From NCBI GenBank assembly GCA_025201805.1, contig MU619282.1:154540-218539 (forward strand): a stretch of 64,000 nt of DNA. Reading direction: 5' to 3'. Source of the stretch: Parasitella parasitica NRRL 2501 (lineage: Eukaryota > Fungi > Mucoromycota). The notes below the pieces were generated by a model. That model saw nothing but the letters and a program-made list of their open reading frames with translations, was not told the origin of the DNA and did not search any database. Positions 23,756-37,663 of the stretch are shown piece by piece (within the stretch, counting starts at the first letter, position 1; each line of letters starts with the position of its first letter). The position numbers and the translations under genes are program-made.

Positions 23756-25594
23756 TGAATGGTCTGCAGCTATGACTGAGGCGTCTTTGTCGCAAACTCC
23801 AGCTTCTTTGAGAAAACTATTCTGCATTTAGTGGTGTAATTATGGTTGGATCATAAAGAAAATATGGCTGAAGATTACCTCTTTGCGTATCAACGAGAAC
23901 CAAGAAATGCGCATGAGCTTCGTTTCGAAATTTCTACTGAAATGTATGAGCACTGTCTCCCGGGCTTAAATGATATCTTGGCAGACCATTGTTATGATTT
24001 GAAGTCAATGGAAGGGTTCAGCAGCGTATTTCCCAATACTGATACCCGAACCGATAGAAGCACAAACCACTCCAACACTTATGAGAGAATGCATAGTCTG
24101 CTGTATGCTGAATCATTAGATGCATCTGACCCTGATCTTTTGCCTTTCAATGAAAGCCAAGCTTTAGTTTATGATGCTATCAAAGCATCTGCTTTTCTCA
24201 TAATTCCCCAAGGATCCCGCATTTTCTTCGTTGATGGACCAGGTGGTACGGGCAAGACATTTGCATTTAATGCACTCCTTGATCGTGTCAGACGAGAAGG
24301 TGATATTGCAATTGCTGTGGCATCGAGCGGAACTGCTGCATTGTTGCTCAAAGGTAGACGTATTGCTCACTCTACCTTCAAGATGCCTTTAGAGGTAGCT
24401 AGCACTAGCATGTGCGACATTTCTCCCCGCTCTGACAAAGCCTCATTTATCCAAAGAGCAAAAATTATTGTTTAGGATGAATGCTCAATGATTAGCAAGG
24501 ACTTGATAGCAACAGTTGATCGCTCATTTCGTGATATAATGAACATCGATCTCCGTTTTGGTGGCCTTTTCATGGTTTTCGGTAGAGATTTTTGTCAGAT
24601 TTTGCCAATAATCCCTGGAGCCAGCAGGTCGGTTATTGTTGGGCAGTGCTTGAACAAAGCCAGCTTTTGGCCATTGGCGTTCTCAAGGCAATTGCGTACA
24701 AACATGAAAGTTCAGCAGGCTCTTCAAACTGACAATCCAGGCCTTGCTAACGAGCTTCAACAATTTGCTGATTATCTACCTCAGGTTGCGTCAAGGTACT
24801 GTTCCTACAATTACTCTGCCCAGAGACATACCTTCAGATTTTATCCAAATTCCTTGAGGAGATGCTCATATCTGGAGATAATTTGATTAATTTGAGAAGA
24901 AGCATTTTCTTTGATATTGCCACTGCGGCTAACAGTCTTGATTACTTTGCTGGGAGGGCTATCTTGACTGCAAAAAACAGAGATGTCAAGGTGATAAACG
25001 ATATACTCTTGGAGTGCATTGAAAAGGCGCAAAATGTCGTACGTCAGTAGTGATCAAGCCTGCGAAGATGAATCTCAATTGACAATGCCGGTTGAGATGC
25101 TTAACACCATCGAAAATGGGTCTTTGCCTCCTCATATTCTTGATTTGAAAATTGGTGCTCCAATTATGGCAATCAGAAATATTGATCCTGCGGCTGGCAT
25201 CTGTAATGGTACGAGATTAATCGTCAACTTACTGATGACGAATATCATCGAAGTAATCATTGCTACCGGGCCCAATGCTGGTAACATTGTTGTTATCTCC
25301 AAAATCAAATTCATCTCTCTTGTCACTGAAGACTTCTCACCTTTTAATTTTCAACAAATTGAGTTTCCTGTAAGACTGACCATCAACAAGTCGCAAGGCC
25401 AAACGCTGAATTTTTTCGGTTTGTACCTAAAAAGCCATTCATTTGGTCATGGCCAACTGTATGTCGCTTTATCACATTTGCGGACGCCAACCTCTGTCGA
25501 AATAATGATCTCTGATGATATATCCAAAATAGACAATTACACTGGGTCATATACTCACAACATCGTTTATAAAAAAGTTTACAATGCTGCATAA
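23756..25594 (+). mobile_element. Helitron PIF1-like helicase pseudogene
   Basis: FVDGPGGTGKT (Walker A), AVASSGTAALLL, *DECSM, DFCQILP, CNGTRL, TINKSQGQT, HGQLYVALS; stops and frameshifts. Confidence 0.9.
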
Positions 25595-25739
25595 GAACTA
25601 ATACTGTGCTTCCACTCCCACTTTCCCACTTTTGTGAAAATGCCGCCCACTTTTTTGACATTTGTGTGAGGCCAAATTGCCCAGAAAAATGAGACTAATT
25701 TGGTAATATTGAAGGTTGCTACTGGAATGCAAAACACTA

Positions 25740-26699
25740 TCAAAGAAAATCGTCGAATTTGAATGAAAAAACTGGATATGAGCTTGTTAGTGTCATGTAA
25801 ATTTATATCGTTTTAAAAACCCCTACTTGAATGATTGACAAAATATGTATTAGTCTCGATAAAATGATCAAACACAGTTCTATATTTACCGTCTCGAAGC
25901 CCATTCCATCAGAGGCAGACATCATAATCAAAATATGGGCAGATCTATTTGAGGTTCTTTTCTTTAATACTGGAATCCATATTCGATGGTAAGTTTTACA
26001 TAAAGTTTATTTCTATGAATAAAATTGACTTACATTATTAGGAATAGGGGGGAGAAAGGTTTAACCAGTGATGATGCTGATCACGTATTTTTGAAGTTGG
26101 ACGCAAAACTTGTCTTAGTATATGATGATACAGAATATCCAGTTTCTTGTGTTGAATTTGCTCCATATTCTGGTCAAAAAAAAAATCAAAATGGACAGGA
26201 GTAAATTATTAGTTGAAGCCAAAACAATTTACAACCAAGTAATGGGTGTGGACATTAGTGAGGAAAACAAGGATTTGTTGAGAATCACCAACATCCAAAT
26301 TATGGGTAAAATTGGAATCTATTCCTCACTCTATTACATGACTAAATCATTAACATGTCATTATTTCAGGTCTAGAAGCAGATGTTCTGTCTCTAAACAC
26401 TGCTGGTGATCACTTATACATTGCTAGTTCGATTGAATCATATATACTACCATCAACCGCTTCCCAATTTAAAACACGAAGCAAGCCTATCATTGGCAGC
26501 CTATTTGATTTTAAGGTTGAAAAAAGAAAAGAAACGAAAATAGTAACCTAATACTAATATATTTAACTTTTAGCATTATACCTTGAATACTGCAGATACT
26601 ATAAAACAGGGACTCAATGATAAAAAAAATAAGAAACAAAAGCATGAAAAAAGTCGTAGTCTCTTTCAATCTTCTTTAAAATCAGAAGAAGCGTTTTGA
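25740..26699 (+). pseudogene. Spliced PD-(D/E)xK-like gene remnant (3' portion)
   Basis: SEADIIIKIWADLFEVLF / WGEK..LKLDAKLV...SCVEFA / DRSKLLVEAK; frameshift in the A-run at ~26180. Confidence 0.55.
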
Positions 26700-27689
26700 C
26701 AACCTTGTTAGACTCCATTAGGCTATTGACAGCTGTACTATTCTGTGCACTACTTTAAAAAGAATTGCTACTGTTATCAATGGATTCTTCAAACCCACTA
26801 CTAGTTAAGGATGGCAGTGTTCGTGACATCTAAAATTGGTTTGTTCGGCTTAATGGAATTGTTGTCACTACTTGATTCTCTCTTTTTACTTTTTTTTTTG
26901 ACATAATACTTGATTAATCAGGATAATTAAAATGATAAAAAGGTAAAGAAGACAAAGTTTGATCCTCGAAAATCAATCTGGGCTATTTAAAAGGGCATCC
27001 CCCTGAAAAAACTATCACAAGTAGCTGGTCGAATCGTGCACAAATTAGATTTATTTCAGCAACCAAAAAGCTGGGTTCACTGGTCTGAACTTGCGAAGCG
27101 TATTTCAGATACCAGCAGTGGGCCCCCAAAACCACCAAGAAGATCTCCATGGTAATTAAAACTCAGAACTGCTGGTTTTTGCGTTTTTGAACGAAAGTTA
27201 CAACTTTAGGAAACCATAGTTAGTTTGATTCAGAACATAAATAAATATTGCTGCATTCATTAAGATTTCATGCTTCTTGGTTATCGAATGATGGTCTTTA
27301 CAAATGTATAACATGCGTTACCAGCCCACGCTCCGATTTTGAAAAGTAATTTTCGTGATGGCAAGGAAGAAGGTTGTCTAGGACCTTCTATCAGTTCGAA
27401 AGCTACTAAAATTTAGATGAACTCGTTCTAATGTAGTATCAAAAGATAGGTAAAACACTGGAGAGTCTACTGATGCCATTTTCGCATCATTTGAAATTAA
27501 TTTAGTTTATTTTTATATCTTCTTTTGATGTCTGATGCGTATGGAATAATGCAAAAGTTAATGGTAATATTTGTTTATTATTTTATACAGCAGAGTGTCA
27601 TTTTAACAAAAAGCATAAATCAATTTGACAGATATTACTTCATCTGTATCACACGATAGCTTAATAGAGTCAAGTGATTATGTAGCCTT

Positions 27690-27841
27690 TTCATCCTATG
27701 CCACCTTTCTTTAGCTATACGCCTCAATCTATGCCACCCTCCTTAAACTATATGCCTCAATATGTGCCATCTTCTTTTTAACCTACGCCTTAATCCATGC
27801 CAAAATTCAATTATATGTCACAATCTCAACATATGCCACCA
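27690..27841. repeat. Degenerate ~33-bp tandem repeat
   Basis: ctatgccacc...ctata(c/t)gcctcaat units, 3-4 copies. Confidence 0.65.
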
Positions 27842-29184
27842 CTTACAACTCAAAATTTGCAATCAAGTTCATCTGGCTCAGCTGACAGCAATATAAGAGC
27901 AAGAAGAACCTGCCAAAATTGTTGAATGCAAGATTGTCCTGGCGCTTCGCCTAGAAAATTTTATGTCAACACATTATATGAATAAACTTAGTAGTAATTA
28001 TGTTTTCTTGAGTCATATAAAACGAAAAGCTCAATTGGCAGGTGGTAGATCAAAGAAGATCAGAGTAGATTAGGACAAAGCTCTTAAAATTGACATATTT
28101 GATCACTTCAGGATGATTGCAAAGCTTCGATACTAAGGTGCAATAAAATCTAGTAGCCGTTTATTTTGATGCAAATTGAAGCTTTCTTCATAATGACAAC
28201 GTTTTAAGTAGTGAGCGAATAGGCTTGCTTTTCGTAAATCATGCGAAAGAGGAGAATTTATTGTAAATTTCTCAATTTCTGCAAGGGTTTGATTCAAAGT
28301 AATTCAAAATGCTTCAGGAGATGTCTATTGGCGAGTGTACCTCAAACAAGTGAAAAAATTCATGAGGAAAGCTAGAGGCTCTACTTATTAAAAAATTAAT
28401 TCTGAACTCTAGATATGGTTAGAGCCATATAGAGGAGTCCTCAAGTAGATTGCAGTCCTCATTAAAACAAACTGGCTTTATAGGCTTCACTACAAGGCCG
28501 GCCTTACAAGAAGCTTGTAGAACATTCACCTCTGCAAAAAAAAAAAAAAATGAACAACCAAGACTCACCGAGCTTAATAGATGCATCTTTTGATGTAAAT
28601 GAAAACAGCGTATACCAAGGGAGAATATAAGGGTAGTAACTAAGAAAAGCCACGTGTGGTGTTCAAATCAAACCTTTTTTCCCAAATGAACCGCCCCCAA
28701 GCTCTCAATTCCACGAACGGTAGTGGCATCTTATTTGAAAAACTCAATGAAGTAGATAGACATGACAAATTGAAATCCGGCGTAATCGACAACGCTGAAG
28801 AAAGGCAGAACGAAAAATGCCAATGAGGCGACAACAAAAGGATAGAGTGACAAGAAAGTTGAGGCCAAGAAGCGCTATCGACATTTAATTGCCTAAAAGG
28901 CCAAATCAGCACCCTCGCTACATCTGTCTCTCATCGCAAGCCCGCTAGCATGATCTTATTCATTGGACACAAGCCTAAAGTCAAATGTTTCAATATTAAA
29001 ACGAACAATCAAGCGCAAAGTGCTAATACAAACAGCAGTGTGATGTAGTTTTCATTTTTAGATATTCTGGTAGTGATATATGTTTTTACTTATTGATGAA
29101 CATTGCTGTGGTGGTGAGATGATTGTTTTCTATTTACATTTGTAATATACAACTTTTACTAGTACATACGTGCATGTCTATTGT

Positions 29185-30959
29185 CTAACACAAGAATGAT
29201 TTATACACCACATTATCAGTCTCTTCTATGTGTTGATAACCAAGTTTGACCAGTCGGGCCAAATATGCATCAAAGTCGGTGGAATCTTCAGGAGGTACCT
29301 GGACGCCCAAAAACACTTTACCCATGTCATCACCATGATTACGATAATGAAACAATGATACGTTCCAAGTAGGATCTAGTCCTTCCAGGAATCGGATCAA
29401 TGCGCCAGGACGCTCAGGGAATATAAATCGGAACACACGTTCATTGACAGGTCTACTGCCACCCACCATGTAGCGAGCGTGGCATTTAGCCAACTCGTTA
29501 TCACTGACATCAATGCCCCGGAAGCCTTCCTTATGCCAGCCTTCCAAAATCTCCTTGACTTCGCTATCCAAATCTTTGACCTTGAATGATATGTAAATTT
29601 GAGCCTCATCAGGATCTGAGTAACGATAAGAAAACTCGGTGACAGCTCGGGGTTCCACCTGGTAGATCATTTTCATAAAACTTCCTGGTCTCTCGGGAAT
29701 TATAACTGTGCAGAAAGCCTCTGTCTTTTCACCCAATTCGGCTCTTTCAGCAATAAATCGAAGACGATCAAAATTGACATTAGCACCGGAAACAATGGCG
29801 ATGTGGACCTCGTCTTTAGTTTCGGGATGCAGGTGAAGATATTTTTTGATAGCCGCTAGCGAAAGAGCGCCAGTAGGTTCACAGACCGAGCGAGTATCTG
29901 TTGTAATTTGAGAGAGTTCGAGTCAAAACTAGCAAAATTGGAAAATTCCATTTCGACATACCTTCAAATACATCCTTGATAGCAGCGCATACTTCATCAC
30001 TGTTTACAAGCACAACGTCATCAATGAGGCTAGTTACGAGTCGATAGGTCTCCTCTCCAACCAGACGAACAGCAGCGCCATCAGCAAACAAGCCCACCTC
30101 CTTGAGTAACACACGATCTCCTGCTTTTAAGCTTTGATTCATGGCACAAGCATCATGTGTCTCAACACCAATGATTTTAATATGAGGAGCGATGCGTTTC
30201 ACATAGCTGCCAACACCAGCAACCAAACCTCCTCCCCCGATGGGGATGAAAATCGTAGAGATTTTGCTCAGATCATGCTGTCTCAGGATTTCCATACCAA
30301 TGGTGCCTTGACCAGCAATGACATAGGGATCATCAAAGGGCGGAATATCCAAGAGTCCCTCCTCGGCTGTCAATCTAGCGCACTCTTTCTTGGCCTCATC
30401 AAAATCGTTGCCGTGCAAAACGACTTCAGCACCGAGTCTTGCCACATTGCGCCACTGGAAAATGTAAAGCGAATAAGATTTCGTGGTGTGCAATATTCTA
30501 CTCGACTTACCTTGATCGCAGGAGTGGGTACAGGCATGACAATCTTGGCCTTAATACCCAGCTTTTGGGCCGAGATGGCGACACCTTGAGCATGATTACC
30601 TACCGACTATAGTGTGAGTTTCCTTTGCACTTTGGCTCGAGTTTTTTAAAACTATATATATATTTACCAGCAGAGCAAGCAATAACGCCCCTCTTTTTTT
30701 CCTCGTCAGTCAAATGAGCCAAACGGTTGTAGGCACCACGAATCTTGAAGGAAAAGACAGGGTGCAGATCCTCGCGCTTGAGGTAGATTTTGGAGCCAAG
30801 TTTTGCATTGAGGTTGACAGCTTCTTGGAGTGGAGTTTCTTTGACAATGTCATAGACACGAGCTGTCAAAATCATGCGTAAATAGTCGGGATGCTCAGGA
30901 GCATGAGGTTGATTTTGCGTGCTGGCAGGGCCAGAAGGGGGACGAGTCGAGTTTTCCAT
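29185..30959 (-). CDS. ILV1: Threonine dehydratase, biosynthetic (PLP-dependent, C-terminal regulatory domains), 4 exons
   Basis: [61 protein letters not shown]. Confidence 0.96.
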
Positions 30960-31222
30960 CTATGAGGACAGAGCGAACGAAAGAAAAGGACGCTGGTTCT
31001 CTTTTTTCCATCTTGTTCTTTTATGTAAAAACTGCGTTTTGAATCATCCAAAGTAATTGGCTGCATCGTTTGTATTCTTTATTCCAAATGACTCAGTAAA
31101 ATCCAGTTACTTTTATTGGTTACAGATGTTTAAAAGGAATGGAAGGTATATATGTGTTGTATGTATAATTTTTAGGTGTTATGAGTCAATCATTTTATAC
31201 AGTTTTGTATTATTATCATAGG

Positions 31223-32395
31223 CTATGCAGTGACCTGAGGCTTCAAAGTATTAGCAGGCTTAGTCTTGCGTTTCCATTCTACTACAACGGGCGATGCATC
31301 AGGCCTCTGGATTTTAGGTGCAGCAGCAATTGACTCAATCATATTGTTGCTCGATGCCGCGCTGTTGAGGTGGATTTCAAATCTACCCTTTTTGATGTAT
31401 GTGTCTTGGTTTAGAGCCATGTTGTATTGGCTGTTGCGTTTAAGTTCGTGTAAAATTGGCGGTGGTTCTATGCTTGTGCTAATGAATGTGTTTGTTTTCT
31501 GTATGAGTTCTTGTGATAGTGGCGGCAGTGGTGGGCTTTCGCCAGGTCGTTGCCAGAAATCCTGGTCCCAGATTTGCGGGTCTTGCTCCACCATACTAGA
31601 ATACTCGGCTGCATCTTTATCTAGGTCTTGGTCGTCGTCCATCAGGATTTCGCTCTTGTTGTATATGCTGGTGTTTGTTCTGCACGGCGTGATGACTAGC
31701 GAGGGTATGTCGTTCTCTTCATCGCCACAAAATGCGCATATCTTCTTTTTCAAGAGCGAGCCTTCGCTGTCGTTTTCAAAATCATGGTCGTCATCTTCAG
31801 ATAGAATTCTAATACCTGCGATGTCTGCAAATTCTTTGGCGGTCAAGTCTTCTGAATTCACAGTAATGTTGGACGCAGATATACAGGAAACATGTGAGTA
31901 GTGTCGAACGTGGTGTGCTTTTTTCCTCCTTGTTGTCGTGATGGCGGACTGCGTGCTCTGCGTGTGTCTGTGATGGTATCTTTGTTGATGCGGTTTTGTG
32001 TTGAACAATGAGGCATTGGGTGATTTGTGTTTCATCAGAATGCCAGTGCTTCCTTGTGTCGTTTTGGGCGACGGTGACACATGCTCGTCATGTAGTGTAC
32101 TTGCATTGTTTGTCTTTTTTTGCTGGTTGTATCTGTGTTGCTCAAACCATGCATCATTAGCGAATGGATGCTGCTGGTCATCCTGCTCATCTGAGGGCCG
32201 AAAATAATCGATTATTGCGCTGAGAGACGATCGCCGATTGACATTTTCCACAGTGCTAAACGGCTTTCTTTTTTTATTGCTGTAAAACGAATTAGCGAGC
32301 CTGCTGAAGATTGCATTCAGCTTGGATTCTTTTTTAGCTGAAGCACTTGCAGAACGATCTCTCTTTAGCGAAAGAGCAGAAAACGAATTTGTCAT
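31223..32395 (-). CDS. Hypothetical low-complexity protein
   Basis: Long single-exon ORF with a pyrimidine-rich 5' UTR; motifs LTAKEFADIAGIRI and KKGRFEI; family not recognised. Confidence 0.75.
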   Translation of the reverse strand: MTNSFSALSLKRDRSASASAKKESKLNAIFSRLANSFYSNKKRKPFSTVENVNRRSSLSAIIDYFRPSDEQDDQQHPFANDAWFEQHRYNQQKKTNNASTLHDEHVSPSPKTTQGSTGILMKHKSPNASLFNTKPHQQRYHHRHTQSTQSAITTTRRKKAHHVRHYSHVSCISASNITVNSEDLTAKEFADIAGIRILSEDDDHDFENDSEGSLLKKKICAFCGDEENDIPSLVITPCRTNTSIYNKSEILMDDDQDLDKDAAEYSSMVEQDPQIWDQDFWQRPGESPPLPPLSQELIQKTNTFISTSIEPPPILHELKRNSQYNMALNQDTYIKKGRFEIHLNSAASSNNMIESIAAAPKIQRPDASPVVVEWKRKTKPANTLKPQVTA

Positions 32396-34493
32396 GAAAG
32401 GAAATGAGTGGAGAGTGAGGACGAGAGATGAATGGAGGAAAGTAAACAAAAAAAAAAAAGAAGCGAAAAGCTGAAAAAGGAGAGAGATACACTGCCTTTT
32501 TATATAAGGAGAAGAAGAGGAGAAAAGGATGCGATAAAGAATATGCAGAAAAAGACTATTTTACAAGACAAAAACATCCAACATGTTTGTTATTTATTGA
32601 CAATGATGATAAAATTAGCTTGACTGCTGGGGATATATACAGGCGTTTGCACCTGTATTTATAACACACACTGTAAGAAGATGTATCACGTTTGCACAAG
32701 CTCCCAGCAGAGACAATTGCCGCATGATAGCATCTTTTAATCATAAACCTGGGCTTTCATACCTTGTCTATTTTAGTGAGTTATTCATGCAACTCGTTTT
32801 TTTGTATTGTGTATATATGGATACTATAAGGGGATCAGATAATAAAGGGGGAAAATAGTCCATAATAATCATACGAAATGATGGATCAGCAATAAAAGGA
32901 AATAATTTCATATAGAAACAACAATTATTATGCATTTCGATAAAGAAATCAAAAGGGAAAGGTCTAGGTCTATGTGGGTTTAATCAACATGTCAGAATGA
33001 GACCCTTTCCCTTCATGGCTAATGGATGCTTGACCCCCTTTTATGTTATACAGTATAACGTGCTCTTTATTGTATTTTATTCTTTTTTTATCTATCATGT
33101 AGCATAAATAAATAACACTTATGCATGTAAAATGCTTCCAATTACTAGATCTAGCCATCATCGTGCTTATACGTCAAGGTAATCATACTGTAACGGTATA
33201 CGTTATCCTTGATCAATCACATGTAAGGATAAAAAGACCATTACATGTATATTGCCATTACTACTGTTGCTGCCGTCTGTTGGTTAAACGGACACACAAG
33301 AACTTTATCTCCCAGAGCAAACTTGAATATCTGTAAATTATCAGATTCTCCTCATTGTGTCATTTAGAATAATACACGCTCTCATCGTCTAATAGAATTT
33401 GAGGAGACATTATCGTCTATATTATGATTTAATATAATAGTCAGAGCCTATATATTTGTGTATAAAAATATCAGTTGTTATACATACATCGGAATCTTTT
33501 GCTTCCCTTACATTGCATTTCAAATTATACGCCCTAGAACCATGCAGATTTGTATAATACAGCTCGCATGTGAAATCAAGTAAACATGACAGCAGCAAGA
33601 TGATCTAAACTAATGAATGTCATCTGTTGTGCTCTCATTTTTTAACTTTGCTATATATACTTTCAGTTGCAATATTAAGATCTATTCTTGGAAATTCAAG
33701 TATTTACCATCATCTAACATTACCCGGTAAAACGCAAAGTTAGTTCCTTCTTTCAGACACACATATGTATGCATACCGGGCTTCCGCGAGATAACACATT
33801 TGTGTATACCTGAGCAGCAATGAAAGCCATCCATTTTCATGCACTGTATCTGTATGTTCTAGGTTTCATCATCTTCATCCCTTCTGTTGAAAGTGCCGAA
33901 ACCAAAAAAAAATGTAGTGTACGTCGCTACCTTTAAAATCAAAAGGACAAGGCACAGCACCGGTATGTATACGTTTTATGGCAAATACATGGATTTTTTT
34001 TTTTTGTAAAAACCATTAGTTACAATGAAGGATCAAACAGCCACGTACAAGGTGGACTCATTATTTCATTTGAATTCTATATTTTACATTTATTGTTGAG
34101 CTGTATCTTTATTTTTTTTATTAACAATGACAGTATGTAGGAACGGTGTATAGCGGCTGCTATAACAATGAATATTTCATTAAACTAGACCTAGTTGAAA
34201 ATATACGGGGAAAGTCGTTAGCATATCAATGCTTGGCATTGTTTTATTTTATTTTTTTATTTATGTATTTGAAACCAGCACTGTATACCAACGTTACATG
34301 ACAAAGGCTCGTCTAGTTTACTGTTTCATCTAAAATTGTTGATTGATTGAACCCAGAAAAAAAAAAAAAATGCATCATATATATTTTGTATAGGTAAAAG
34401 GAACAGAAAAAGAGAGTTTTTGTATGGAAATAATAAGGAAGAGAAATGCTGGAAAATTATAAAACTACATTACAGAGGTTATTTTGTTTGAAT

Positions 34494-35831
34494 TTATTTC
34501 TTGCTCTTGTGGTTGGGCGCACTGGGTTTTGTCACCTTGCCACCTTTACTGCGCTTGCCACCTTCAAAGCCAGGACGAGCCTTCTTGGCAGCGGGCTTGA
34601 CCTTGATGCCTCTCTTCTTGTTCTTCTTTTCCTCGATCTTTGCTCGAATATTCTCTTCTCTCTTTTTGATCAACTTCTTTTCGTCATATTTGACCTTCTC
34701 AATACGCTTGTTCCACTCTTGACCACTCTTTGTCTTGAGCTTCTCCTGTCTCTTGATTGTCTTTTTTAGTAATTTAGCATCGTCCTTGGGTTTTTCACCG
34801 GTAGCCAAGGCAATAACTTTGTTCCACTCTTCTTTTTCAATCATTTCTTCTGCTTTGGACTTGTTTTCTTCCTTTAGTTTGTCAATCTTTTCTTTCTTTG
34901 CTTCGAGCATCTTTAATTGCGTCTTGGCATCAGAAGGCCCTTTCTTTTTCTTTTGATCCTTGGAGCCACCAACTGCAAGCTTACCAAAGAACACATCGCC
35001 GTCCATCTTGATAGAATCGGCAGAGGGGCGAGTTTTGTCATGAGAGGCCTGCACGCAACACTACATTAACAACAAAGATGCTACAAAATACTTGACACGC
35101 TACCTTTATATTGTCAAACTTGACGAGCTCTTCAGAAGCTGCTTTGCCGCCCTTCTCCTTCTGTGCCTTTATCGCCTTCTTCCTATCTTCTTTTTTTTTG
35201 TTTCTTGCCACCAATATGTCTTCGCGGCTTCTAGGGTTGGCAGTGTTTGCACCAGGAGCATTTCGCTTTTGACGCAGCTGGCTAATACGTTCATGGAGGC
35301 GATTACGAAGCTGAGCAATGTCACTCTTTTCCATTGGCTGAAGATTGACTAGTAAACATGTTAAAAAGCAATTCAACACTATCGCTCTTGTAACATCTTA
35401 CCAGGCTCTTGCAGAGTTGTTGAGTCAGTAGTGACGGATTCGCTATCATCGAGCTCACTGAAAGTACCAGAGTCAACATCCATCTTTTCAGTTTCTTCCT
35501 GCTTATCGCCATCCTCGTTATCGTCATCCTCATCAGCAGATTCGGCATCGGATTGGTCTTGTGCAAGCTGCTTTGCTCTCTCTTCTTGGACTTCTGTTAT
35601 CGACTTGGCATTGCTAGGATCAAGTTTCGCTTTCTTTGCCTTCCTGGTGGCCTCTTTAATGGCTTGCTTGGGCGCCTTCTTACGTTTATTATATTGAAAT
35701 TTGCCGTTAGCTTCTTCAGCCTTGTCCATGACATAGAACTTTGCGGGTATAAGCTTCAATAAATCGTCGAAAATCTGGACATCGTGCATAAGACGTTCAG
35801 ACAGAGTGTCAGCTATGTGATTCTGTACCAT
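34494..35831 (-). CDS. RRP14: SURF6/Rrp14 ribosome biogenesis protein, 3 exons
   Basis: FDDLLKLIPAKFY, KAKKAKLDP, GEKPKDDAKLLKKTIKR, W..R, RPGFEG. Confidence 0.92.
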
Positions 35832-36774
35832 TTTATTGATGGAATGAACTAAAAAAATTTGTGCAAAATGTTGGATGTCAATGATGAAAAAAAGTTTTGT
35901 GGCTGACTGTGGTCACAATTGTGACCATGATGCCTGTCTGTTTGAATCCATGGTGCATCCCGTTGCTTGGTTACATGCACTATCAGTCTTTGATGATCTG
36001 ATGATTACAATTACAGACAAAACAGCATATACCGTGATAATGATTAAGTCATAAATCAGATTAAAAATAGCTCTTTGGATGGCAATGCTGTATGCTCGTT
36101 ACTATTCTCAATTTACTACTCGATGCAATTAGCTCCTCCTCAGCATCAAAACAAAGCTTTTATAGAGGTATACAGCTGCTAGGAAACTTTTCAAAAGTGT
36201 ATATAAACTCACAAAATCATGAAATTTACAATAAATTCTGCACAAAACTCAAGGTTATGAGCCATATTTGTACTCTGACATTGCCATCCGTCACTGTTAA
36301 GTAGCATAATCCCGCACAAATCAAGCATATTTCTGTTGAACCAAATGCTCGAACCGCGGTACCATGAGGCTCCTTCCATCGTTATCTAATGCCACATGAA
36401 CTAAACAAAATTGTAAAATAAAGCGCATATTTCTGAGCTGATTCTATTTATTGCTGTATTAAAGAGGCAAAAGAAATTCGCACAACACCCCGTTCGGTGA
36501 ATTTGCGAATTCCAAGACAATTGGAAAAATATTGTGTATTCTGCAATGATCCATAATCTAGAATGATCTCGTAAAAAGTAGGCTTAGGTTTTCCAGATAC
36601 CTTTTGAAATATCGTAGTATGATTTCTATGCACTGAGTAGTGGATCACAGAATCTCTAAAGCGAAACATTGGTAGCAGGTTGCAAGTGAACGGAGTTTAA
36701 TTCTTGAAAGTGCTTTTTTTTGCTCCACAATAAAGCGAAAATTTCAGTGTTCCAATACACAAAAACTCGCATAT

Positions 36775-36812
36775 TAAGGGTGGTTGGTGTATTAAGTGTT
36801 CCCCAATTAAAA
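36775..36812. repeat. Short dispersed repeat (possible MITE end), also at ~10507-10542
   Basis: taagggt(g/a)gttggtgtattaagt...ccaatt at both sites. Confidence 0.5.
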
Positions 36813-37663
36813 TTGAATTCTTCGTTTAATCATGTATTTTTTGACTAACTTTTGTAAGAAAATATGTTTGTAAGCTTGAAAAACTTAAAACCGCTGTTTT
36901 TGGATAAAAAACACGTCTGAAGGAATAAAATAAAGTAGTAGTCATTAGAATTATTTATGAATAATTTGCGGCTACAAATTGCGGTATTATATGCCATTAT
37001 AGCTATATTTTTCGTGGAGATATTCAACTTTAAAGACCAAATTTGGACATTTCGGAAAATCGAGGACCACCAAGTATAGGCCAAAACGGAAGTGGATCAA
37101 ACCATTTCATTTGATCTCACTTTTCTCTGCCAAAAATTGGTATTTTTTTAAACTGTAAAATGGAATAGATAGGCGTCATTAAGGGTCATTAAATGAGACA
37201 GAAATATATGGCTTCACTCTATCCATTGATTTTTACGTTACAAAAAACATGAAAAAATACAGAAATTTTTTTTTCTTTGATACTCCAACATGTTGTAGAG
37301 TATTCAAAAAAAAGCTTTTTTCATTACAGCTAAACAGCTGTAGCTTGCTTTCTTGTTAAGATATTACTCTTCAAAGTTGGAAATTTTGCAGTGTAAATAA
37401 AACTCAGCAAAAACTAACAAAGTGCTTGTAAGAAGCAATGTATTGAAAGTCAATTCCTATAGATATCTGTATCCTACGTGTATACGCTTGAATGTAGTGG
37501 CTGTTACAAATTGGAACTCATAGAAATATATGCATACAATGCAAACGCAATCCAGCTTCCTTATTTTACAATACAACTTGTTCGAATATTAAAAACAAAT
37601 GAGAAAACAGGATGTGTCGCATACGGTATTATTAGGAAAAACAAGGGGGTTATGTTTATAGGG

